In this document: in pieces, positions 20,407-27,572 of the stretch | Layout of the letters: each line of letters starts with the position of its first letter | Position numbering within the stretch: position 1 is the stretch's first letter | The notes under the pieces: model-generated | Database searches by the model: none | Told to the model about the DNA's origin: nothing | The model's input: only the letters and a program-made list of their open reading frames with translations | Program-made: the position numbers and the translations under genes | DNA from: Candidatus Hydrogenedentota bacterium | GTDB taxonomy: Bacteria > Hydrogenedentota > Hydrogenedentia > Hydrogenedentales > SLHB01 | Length of the DNA stretch: 33,130 nt | Assembly: GCA_029974275.1 (NCBI GenBank) | Contig: JARKSN010000074.1 | Span: 1-33,130 of the forward strand | Direction of reading: 5' to 3'

Positions 20407-21745
20407 CCCGGCCGCGTTGACTCGCGACGTTCGGGCTCGCGCCGCCGTGCAGGCGTGCGAGACGTTGCGGCGCGCAGGGAGCCGCGCGTTGTTGGCGGGC
20501 GGATGCGTTCGCGACCTCATCCTGGGCGTCGAACCCAAGGACTACGATATCGCCACCGATGCCCGGCCCGAGCAGGTCGCGATGTTGTTCGAGAAAACGG
20601 TTCCCGTGGGCGCGGCGTTTGGCGTGCAGCTTCTCGTCATGCCGGAAGGATGCTTCGAGGTGACGACCTTTCGAAGCGACGGCCCGTATTTCGACGGGCG
20701 TCATCCCGCGAACGTGACGTTCCGCAGCGAGGCCGAAGACGCGCGCCGCCGCGATTTTACGATCAACGCCCTCTTTCTCGATCCTGTCTCGGGAGAGATC
20801 GTGGATTACGTGGGCGGTTTGGCGGACATGGAGCGGCGCGTCGTGCGCGCCGTCGGCGAGGCGCGCAGGCGCTTCGACGAAGACCATTTGCGTCTGCTGC
20901 GCGCCGTGCGGTTTGCGGCGCGATTGGGCTTTGAGATGGATCCGGCGACGTTTGACGCGCTGCGTGAAATGGCCCCTCGCGTCGTTTCGACAAGCCCCGA
21001 ACGCATCCGCGACGAGATCGTGAAGATGCTTACCGAAGGCGCGGCCCGGCGCGCCTTCGAATGGATGGACGCCAGCGGCTTGCTGGAGCCCGTGCTGCCC
21101 GAAGTCTCCCGCATGAAGGGCGTGGAGCAGCCTCGCGCGTTTCATCCCGAGGGCGACGTCTATGCCCACACCTTGCTCATGCTTGAGGAACTGCCTGCGG
21201 GCGTTTCACCCACCCTTGCGCTCGGTGTTTTGTTGCACGATGTGGGCAAGCCCGCGACCCAAACCTTCGAGGATCGCATTCGTTTCAACAATCATGACAA
21301 GGTCGGCGCCGAGATAGCGTATGGAATATGCCGCCGGCTGCGTTTGTCGAACGCCCAGACCGATCGGGTCGTGTGGCTGACGGCGCAACACATGCGCGCG
21401 GGGCTTTTGCCGGATATGCGCGAGGGAAAACGACGGCGCTTTGTCCGAGAGGAAGGATTCGGCGAACTCCTGGAACTCCTTCGCATCGATTGTATCGGCA
21501 GTCACGGCGATCTTGAAACCGTCGCGTGGATATCGCGCTACCTCGCCGGCCTGACCCCCGAGAAAATCCGCCCGCCCCGCCTCCTCACGGGAGACGATCT
21601 CGTCGCCCTAGGCTACAAACCCGGACCATGCTTTGCGCGGATCCTGGCCGCCCTGGAAGATGCCCAACTCGAAGAAGCCGTTTCCACGCCCGAAGAAGCC
21701 CGCGCGTTCGTGCAGACTCATTGGCCGTTGGCTGCGTCCTTGTAA
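20390..21745 (+). CDS. cca: CCA tRNA nucleotidyltransferase with HD domain
   Basis: GGCVRD, DYDIATD, EVTTFR, intact loop DG.Y.DGRHP, RRDFTINAL, EDHLRLLRAVRF, HPEGDV..HT, LLHDVGKP. No poly(A) polymerase [LIV][LIV]G[RK][RK]F signature. Confidence 0.88.
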   Translation: MTTRIDPAALTRDVRARAAVQACETLRRAGSRALLAGGCVRDLILGVEPKDYDIATDARPEQVAMLFEKTVPVGAAFGVQLLVMPEGCFEVTTFRSDGPYFDGRHPANVTFRSEAEDARRRDFTINALFLDPVSGEIVDYVGGLADMERRVVRAVGEARRRFDEDHLRLLRAVRFAARLGFEMDPATFDALREMAPRVVSTSPERIRDEIVKMLTEGAARRAFEWMDASGLLEPVLPEVSRMKGVEQPRAFHPEGDVYAHTLLMLEELPAGVSPTLALGVLLHDVGKPATQTFEDRIRFNNHDKVGAEIAYGICRRLRLSNAQTDRVVWLTAQHMRAGLLPDMREGKRRRFVREEGFGELLELLRIDCIGSHGDLETVAWISRYLAGLTPEKIRPPRLLTGDDLVALGYKPGPCFARILAALEDAQLEEAVSTPEEARAFVQTHWPLAASL

Positions 21746-21762
21746 GACGCCATGGGACGGGT

Positions 21763-22743
21763 CTACGCGTATGGGGCGGTCTCGGCGAGAAACAAGGCCT
21801 TGGCGGCCTGGTATTCTGCTTCGGAGAGCGGATCGGGATGCGTCCAGTAGGGATTGTTCACGAACCGCCGCGTATATACCGGAATGGCGCGTCCTTGTTC
21901 GCGCGCATACCGTTTCGTGAATTCGGTCACGTTGCGTATTCCGGCGACCAACCGGTTCACCGAAGCCTGGGCCGCTATGGCCCCCGCCCGATCGCCTGCG
22001 CGAAAACGATCCTCGATCGCGCGGATGACCCGCGGATTCGTGGTGCAGCCCTGACCGATCGTTGCGTTGATTCCCAAACAAAGCGCCACGTAATAGACGG
22101 TCTCGCATCCCGCGATGATCGCAAAATTCTTGTCGCGAACGGCCCAGGCAAGGTTGAAAAGATACTCGGCGTTCAAGGTCGACGCTTTGATCGCCGCCAG
22201 ACCCGGCATATCGGCAAGGCGTGCGAGCAGCCTCGGGGTCGCGCGGTACGGCTCCTCCGTAATGGGCGGCTGATACGCGATGACGGGGATCGACACGGCC
22301 TGCGTCACCGCTTCGAAATACCGCAGAATGACGTCGTCGAATCCTTCGTGCGCGACGGGCGTGATGGCTTCGGGCATGGTGTGAACCACGGCGGCCGCGC
22401 CGCAATCCTGGGCATACCGGCTCAACGAAACCGCCTGTTCGAGAAAAACGTCCGGATCGGGCCTTCGATCGAGATTCCGGTCCCAAATGCCCGTCGTTCC
22501 CACGAAAACAGGGGCTTTGCCCGCAAAATGCCCGCAGGCGATGCGGGTTATGGCGCGCACCTCCTCATAGGAAAACGCATACATCTGACCGAGGCCCGAT
22601 CGCACAAAATAAGCGGTAAGCCCCCCGGTTTCGGCCAAATAGTCCAAAAAGGCGCGCTGCCCGTTTTCGTCGAATGCGCCGGTCTCGTCAAACACGGTAT
22701 ACACCGGAGCGATCGCGCCATGGAGACCTTTGGGATCCATCAT
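21763..22743 (-). CDS. DapA/NanA-family class I aldolase/lyase (probably not true DHDPS)
   Basis: GAIAP..T.FDE.G..D, catalytic Tyr in IAYQPP and Schiff-base Lys in AAIKAS. The GTTGE motif is replaced by SGLGQ. Confidence 0.8.
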   Translation of the reverse strand: MMDPKGLHGAIAPVYTVFDETGAFDENGQRAFLDYLAETGGLTAYFVRSGLGQMYAFSYEEVRAITRIACGHFAGKAPVFVGTTGIWDRNLDRRPDPDVFLEQAVSLSRYAQDCGAAAVVHTMPEAITPVAHEGFDDVILRYFEAVTQAVSIPVIAYQPPITEEPYRATPRLLARLADMPGLAAIKASTLNAEYLFNLAWAVRDKNFAIIAGCETVYYVALCLGINATIGQGCTTNPRVIRAIEDRFRAGDRAGAIAAQASVNRLVAGIRNVTEFTKRYAREQGRAIPVYTRRFVNNPYWTHPDPLSEAEYQAAKALFLAETAPYA

Positions 22744-23189
22744 TTCTCCTTGATCTTTTGCTTGGGGTCATAGGTCGCCGCGGCCGACGGCGCAATGCCC
22801 TTGGTCAGTCGTTCCCGGGCCGGCGCCGCGCGCTGCCGCCGCAAGGGACGATACCGCGTCATGGCGATGATGATCAGCAGCGCCGCCGCCAGCTCCAAAT
22901 AAAACACCCACTCCGGATTGTACAGATCGCGCTTCCAAAAACCGGCCCAGGGCACGGTCCAATGGGGATTGATTTTTTCCTGGACATACATGGCGCTGCT
23001 CTCTTTGAACCAGGAAGCGACGCCCAAGAAGCCATATAGGAAGGCATGGAGGCAAAGAATATAGGCGGCGATCTCAAGACAGTAGAACAGGACCGGAAAG
23101 GTGAACTTGCGGGAGAAGAACAGAAGCGGCGCCAGACACGCCAGCACGGCAACGTATCCTTGCCAGTTGGCTTGGAAATGCTCGAACAT
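22740..23189 (-). CDS. Small hypothetical membrane protein (149 aa, about 3 TM helices)
   Basis: AAGGAAAG RBS, then ATG 23189. Hydrophobic segments; stop overlaps the next gene's ATG (ATGA). Confidence 0.75.
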   Translation of the reverse strand: MFEHFQANWQGYVAVLACLAPLLFFSRKFTFPVLFYCLEIAAYILCLHAFLYGFLGVASWFKESSAMYVQEKINPHWTVPWAGFWKRDLYNPEWVFYLELAAALLIIIAMTRYRPLRRQRAAPARERLTKGIAPSAAATYDPKQKIKEK

Positions 23190-23221
23190 GTTTTCTTTCC
23201 TTACGCCGCGACGCTGCCGAG

Positions 23222-23230
23222 AGTGTAGCA
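23222..23230 (-). promoter_or_regulatory. Extended -10 element for the membrane protein/DapA-like operon
   Basis: Minus strand TGCTACACT about 33 nt upstream of ATG 23189, lying within the inverted repeat GAGTG...CACTC. Confidence 0.45.
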
Positions 23231-23318
23231 TACCGCACTCGAAATATGCCAAAGTGTGTGTCCGAGGGGCGGCAAGATGCGCGGATCGAGCGACGGTCCC
23301 TATTCGGGAGGCCCTGAC

Positions 23319-23972
23319 ATGCGCTATTTTCCCCTGTGCCTCGATATCCGAGACCGCATCTGCTTGCTGGTGGGCGGAGGCGGAATGGCTCTCGAAAAAG
23401 CGACCCGGCTGCTCCAGGCCGGCGCGCGCGTGCGCGTTGTCGCGCCGGATTGCCGCCCCGAATTCAGCGGGCGCGCGGACGTCGAAGTGCGCCTGCGCGC
23501 GTTCGAGGACACGGACCTGGACGGCGTATTCCTCGCCATCGCCGCTACGCATGACCGGATCCTTCACGAACGTTTTGCGCGCCTTTGCGTCCAACGCGGC
23601 ATCCTGCACAGCGTCATCGACGCGCCCGATCTATGCCAATTCATCGCGCCTGCGATCGTCGAGCGCGGGGAGTTGATGCTGGGAGTTTCCACCCAGGGTC
23701 TGGCGCCGGCTCTTGCCGCTCGTCTGCGCGCCGAAATCGAAGCATGGCTGCCGGCGGACATCGAGGAGTACCTCCATTTTCTGGACCATGCCCGTCAACG
23801 CGCGAAAAAAATGTTGGCCCGTCCCGAGGACCGTGCTTCTCTGGGGCGCCGCTTGGCGTCGCGAGAAGGGCACGAGCGGTTTGCCGCGCTTTCTTCCGAG
23901 CAGCGGCGGGCATGGGTGGACGCTCTTATTGAATCGCATCGCGCCGGCGGGGCGCAGGGAGATTCCGTATGA
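23319..23972 (+). CDS. sirC: Precorrin-2 dehydrogenase/sirohydrochlorin ferrochelatase (SirC/Met8p, CysG N-terminal type)
   Basis: GGAGG RBS, MRYFPLCLD, LLVGGG.MA..K, IAAT.D, D.PDLCQFI.PA...RG.L..GVST.G.APALA. Confidence 0.9.
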   Translation: MRYFPLCLDIRDRICLLVGGGGMALEKATRLLQAGARVRVVAPDCRPEFSGRADVEVRLRAFEDTDLDGVFLAIAATHDRILHERFARLCVQRGILHSVIDAPDLCQFIAPAIVERGELMLGVSTQGLAPALAARLRAEIEAWLPADIEEYLHFLDHARQRAKKMLARPEDRASLGRRLASREGHERFAALSSEQRRAWVDALIESHRAGGAQGDSV

Positions 23973-24748
23973 TGGGCGGCGGATATGGCACGGTATACCT
24001 GGTTGGGGCGGGGCCGGGCGATCCGGGGCTGATCACCGTTCGCGGACGGGACCTCCTCGAGCGCGCCGACGCGGTGGTCTACGATTACCTAGCCAACGAC
24101 GCCTTGTTGGCGTATGCTCCCCGAGCAGAACACATCTTCGCGGGCAAGCGTCCCGGCGGCCATTTGCTCCCACAAGAGGAAATCAACCGGATACTGGTCG
24201 CATGCGCCCGCCGCCTCTCCTGCGTCGTGCGCCTCAAAGGCGGCGATCCCTTCGTGTTCGGACGGGGCGGCGAAGAGGCCCTTGCGCTGGCCGATCAGGG
24301 AATTCCCTTCGAAATCGTTCCCGGCGTGACCGCGGGCGTCGGCGCGCCCGCCTATGCGGGCATTCCCCTGACCCATCGGCGAATCACCCAAAGCGTCACG
24401 TTCGTCACGGGACATTGCGGCGCGGGCCAAGACGAGGGCCCCGAGTTGTCCCGGCTGGCCGAGGAAGGCACTTTGGTCGTGTACATGGGCGTCAAGCGTT
24501 TGGCGCATGTGGTTGCCCGTCTCATCGCGATTGGGCGTTCGCCCGCCACCCCCGCCGCCATCGTCGAATGGGGAACCTATCCTCGCCAACGCACCCTTGT
24601 CGCCACCCTCGCCACCCTCGAAGAGGAAAGCCGCCGCGCCGTCATCGATCCCCCGGCTATTCTTATCATCGGCGAAGTCGTTGCGCTTCGGGAACAGCTC
24701 CACTGGTTTGAAAGACGATGGGCAGGTCGAGAGGAGTATCCCGCATAA
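23969..24748 (+). CDS. cobA: Uroporphyrinogen-III C-methyltransferase (SUMT)
   Basis: VYLVGAGPGDPGLITVRG, VVRLKGGDPFVFGRGGEE, VPGVTA, AGIPLTHR, TLVVYMG. Confidence 0.95.
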   Translation: MMGGGYGTVYLVGAGPGDPGLITVRGRDLLERADAVVYDYLANDALLAYAPRAEHIFAGKRPGGHLLPQEEINRILVACARRLSCVVRLKGGDPFVFGRGGEEALALADQGIPFEIVPGVTAGVGAPAYAGIPLTHRRITQSVTFVTGHCGAGQDEGPELSRLAEEGTLVVYMGVKRLAHVVARLIAIGRSPATPAAIVEWGTYPRQRTLVATLATLEEESRRAVIDPPAILIIGEVVALREQLHWFERRWAGREEYPA

Positions 24749-24809
24749 CCGGCATCGTGCGGCATGACATCCGGGCCGCGGCGCCATACTGCTCTACGAC
24801 AGGTATACG

Positions 24810-24842
24810 AAAGAAAACCGCGGCCTTTTGGGGGGCCCGCGG
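24810..24842 (-). terminator. Intrinsic terminator of a minus-strand transcript
   Basis: Minus strand CCGCGG(G)CC-CCCCAAAA-GGCCGCGG followed by UUUUCUUU. The U-tract is present only on the minus strand. Confidence 0.65.
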
Positions 24843-25114
24843 CGCCGTTCTGCAAGGCTTGCGGTGGTTCATTCTCTTGGGGGGTCAGAACCACAAGTCG
24901 ACTGCGTCTCGAAAACAGCCGAAGTAGCAGTGCTGCCTCCACTCGCCGTAGTGATAAAGCGGAGGCAAACGGCGCCGCGGTAAGCCTGTCCACGAGTCAC
25001 CGACCCATGGTACAAAACAAACGATATGTGCCTTACGCGGCCAACGCCCAACCGGAAACGTCTTGCGTCTACATTCCCGATCCAGGCAGCGAATCATCGC
25101 CAAAATCACGCATA
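24810..25114 (-). ncRNA. Candidate ~300-nt structured non-coding RNA (family not recognised)
   Basis: Bounded by the extended -10 TGCTACAAT (25129-25121) and the terminator at 24842-24810. Six hairpins whose non-Watson-Crick pairs are G-U on the minus strand. No convincing protein ORF. Confidence 0.55.
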
Positions 25115-25120
25115 ACCACT

Positions 25121-25129
25121 ATTGTAGCA
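25121..25129 (-). promoter_or_regulatory. Extended -10 promoter of the candidate ncRNA
   Basis: TG-C-TACAAT on the minus strand, with TTGCCG 19 nt upstream of the hexamer. Confidence 0.55.
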
Positions 25130-25512
25130 ACGTCTTCGAGGGGACCGGCAACTGCCTGTTCGAGTCTCCGGCGGCTCCTCGAATACCGTCACTGCGGGGC
25201 CTCGGCATGATTCTCTGCACCAAGAAAATTTAACCACAAACGGCCTCGCGAAAGCAGTAGGAAGCCTCTGAAAAGCCTATCAGGGAAATACTGATTTTCG
25301 CATAGGAAAATCCCCCAGGCGGCGTTGCGTCGAGTTGGCGATCGTTCGCCGCCCAGGCGCAATCCCGCGGAGCTTTTTAGTGCGGTTACCCTGCAAACGG
25401 AAGTGGCCTTCCGGGTCTCGCTTTCGATACCATGTTTCTGCGGAATCGCAACGGCAGGGCGCGCACGAGGCGTTCCACGCCGCCGCGCCAAGACACACGG
25501 GAGGACGACGTC

Positions 25513-25860
25513 ATGGCCGAGGAGACCCTGTTCGGTCGCATTTTGAAGGGCGAGATACCTTCCGCCCCAGTATATTCCGACGAGGATTTTTATGCTTTTC
25601 GCGACATCCACCCCGCGGCGCCGACGCACGTGTTGGTGGTGCCGCGAAAACCCATCCCCAAAATCACCGACGCCACTGAAGCGGACGCCCTGTTGTTGGG
25701 CAAACTGCTGCTTGCGGCGAATCGAATCGCCGCGCAAGAGGGATTGACCGAAAACGGTTTCCGCTACGTCATCAACTGCGGCGATTGGGGCGGCCAAACC
25801 GTATTCCATCTCCACGTGCATATTCTCGGCGGGCGGCCGATGGCGTGGCCCCCCGGCTAG
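25513..25860 (+). CDS. hinT: Histidine triad nucleotide-binding protein (HinT/PKCI)
   Basis: GGGAGGA RBS; TLFGRI..GEIP, AFRDIHP.APTHVLVVP, GQTVFHLHVHILGGR..WPPG. Confidence 0.93.
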   Translation: MAEETLFGRILKGEIPSAPVYSDEDFYAFRDIHPAAPTHVLVVPRKPIPKITDATEADALLLGKLLLAANRIAAQEGLTENGFRYVINCGDWGGQTVFHLHVHILGGRPMAWPPG

Positions 25861-25967
25861 TCTGTGCCCTCCCAAGGCGGTTGATGGAAGTCGATCCGGA
25901 TCGATTGCCTGTGCCGGATGTGGGTGATACAATTCCGACGCTTGGGTTCATACCGGGAGGAACTGTC

Positions 25968-27443
25968 ATGATGCGAACGGTTGTTTGTGCGGGATGGATC
26001 GCCGGCCTGATTCTTGCCACATCATGGTCTCAGGCTGCCGCGTGGGCCCCGTTGGCCGGCCTCTCCAAGGCGAAGAACTTTACGGTCGGGCGGCAATCGA
26101 GCGTGGACCCCTCCGGCGGCAACAACGACGGACGTCAGGACTGGCCGATTCTGCCAGGCGAAACGCGCACCCTCGCGGAAATCGACGGGGCTGGAGCCAT
26201 CACGCACATTTGGACGACGATCGCATCGGAGGACCGGCGGCATCTGCGCAATATGGTCCTGCGCATGTATTGGGACGGCGAGCCAACGCCATCGGTCGAG
26301 ACCCCCATCGGAGATTTTTTCGGCCAAGGCAACGGCATGTACTATCCGTACAGTTCCTTGCCGTTTCAGATAGGCACGAACAACGGCCTGAACTGTTTTT
26401 GGCGCATGCCCTTTGCCAAAGGCGCGCGCGTGACGTTGACCAACGAAGGGCCGGTCGCGTGCGGCGCCTTCTACTATTACATCAACTACGAACGCTACAA
26501 GCGGCTTCCCAAGGACGAACTCAGGTTTCATGCGCAATACCGCCAGGCGCATCCGTGTCAGGCCGACCAGAATTACACCTTCCTCGAAGCGACGGGGCGC
26601 GGCCATTACGTGGGCGTCAACTTGTCCATCCATCTGCGAGCCGATGGCTGGTGGGGCGAAGGGGACGACATGATTTATATCGATGGCGCCCGGGAGCCGC
26701 AGCTGATCGGCACAGGATCGGAAGACTATTTCTGCGGGGCGTGGTGCTATGGCGCGGCGTTCAGCAACCTCTATTTCGGATGCCCCCAGCGCGGCGAACA
26801 TGTCAGAAACGCCTTCTGGAACGTTTACCGCTACCATATCGAGGATCCCATTCCCTTTTCCAAATCAATCCGCGTGACCATCGAACACGGACACGCCAAC
26901 GATCGGGCTGATGATTTCGCTTCCGTGGCGTACTGGTACCAGACCGAACCCCATGCCCCGTTCCCTCTATTGCCGCCCCAGCCCGACCGCACTCCGAAAA
27001 GCGCCATTCTCTATCGGGAGCCGAATGTCGTTGAAGGCGAAAGCGAGGAGGATCTCTGGAAGTCTTCCGAACCTGCGCAGGCGCAAGACCTGACCGTTTT
27101 CGGCGACTTCAGCGGCGGCATGCAGCTCTGGTTCCGTCCGAACGCGCCCGCAACATACGTCCGGGAACTGGATGCCAACCTCGAACGCCCCACGGCATAC
27201 GCCATGGATCTATGGTATGTCGCCGCGCCGGATTTCGGCCTTTGCGAATTCTGGGTGAATGGCGTGAAGGCCGCCGCATGGGACGGCTACGAATCCAGCG
27301 GCGTGGTGCGGCGATCGATGAGTTTTCCGATCGCCTTGTCCCCGGGCAAAAACCGGATCGAGGTGCGCATTGTCGGCAAAAACCCAAAAGCCAGCGGGTT
27401 TCTGGCCGGCATCGACTGCTATCGCCTCACGCCAACGGAATAA
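25968..27443 (+). CDS. Secreted DUF2961 / glycoside hydrolase family 172 protein with an extra C-terminal beta-sandwich domain
   Basis: GGAGG RBS and signal peptide; SS.D.SGGN.D, GAGAITHIW.T, YWDGE..PSVE.PIGDFF, WWGEGDD, GTGSEDYF, YRYHIEDPIPF.KSI..TIEHGH, SVAYWYQ. Confidence 0.88.
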   Translation: MMRTVVCAGWIAGLILATSWSQAAAWAPLAGLSKAKNFTVGRQSSVDPSGGNNDGRQDWPILPGETRTLAEIDGAGAITHIWTTIASEDRRHLRNMVLRMYWDGEPTPSVETPIGDFFGQGNGMYYPYSSLPFQIGTNNGLNCFWRMPFAKGARVTLTNEGPVACGAFYYYINYERYKRLPKDELRFHAQYRQAHPCQADQNYTFLEATGRGHYVGVNLSIHLRADGWWGEGDDMIYIDGAREPQLIGTGSEDYFCGAWCYGAAFSNLYFGCPQRGEHVRNAFWNVYRYHIEDPIPFSKSIRVTIEHGHANDRADDFASVAYWYQTEPHAPFPLLPPQPDRTPKSAILYREPNVVEGESEEDLWKSSEPAQAQDLTVFGDFSGGMQLWFRPNAPATYVRELDANLERPTAYAMDLWYVAAPDFGLCEFWVNGVKAAAWDGYESSGVVRRSMSFPIALSPGKNRIEVRIVGKNPKASGFLAGIDCYRLTPTE

Positions 27444-27572
27444 CTCTCGGCCCGGGCGTTGTCGTCAGCGATGCCTGCGCGCCTCGCGCGCCGACGGAAC
27501 AGGCGCCCAGGGCAACAATCGCGCACGACGCGTTACATGCTCTAGACGTCTGACACTGCAGGAGGCTTCACC

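Noticed and set aside
24837..24980. 6S RNA, SRP RNA or retron msr-msd interpretation of the 13-bp closing stem
   Set aside because: At about 145 nt and multibranched it does not fit the 6S rod. It lacks the SRP CAGG..GNRA..AGCAG helix, and there is no reverse transcriptase in the window. A cmscan would be needed to exclude these formally.
24879..25183. tmRNA-like look on the plus strand (GGGGG...GTCGAC start, GTTCGAGTC near the end)
   Set aside because: No tag ORF ending in Ala-Ala-stop, no acceptor stem or CCA end, and the G-U pairing bias favours the minus strand.
25050..25200. Cobalamin riboswitch near cobA
   Set aside because: Only scattered fragments (GGGAA, GCAACTG, GTCACTG) on inconsistent strands, no B12 box, and it lies downstream rather than upstream of cobA.
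24764..25210. 148-aa plus-strand ORF and 74-aa minus-strand ORF in the cobA-hinT gap
   Set aside because: No RBS, low-complexity or atypical composition, and no motifs. RNA structure explains the region better.
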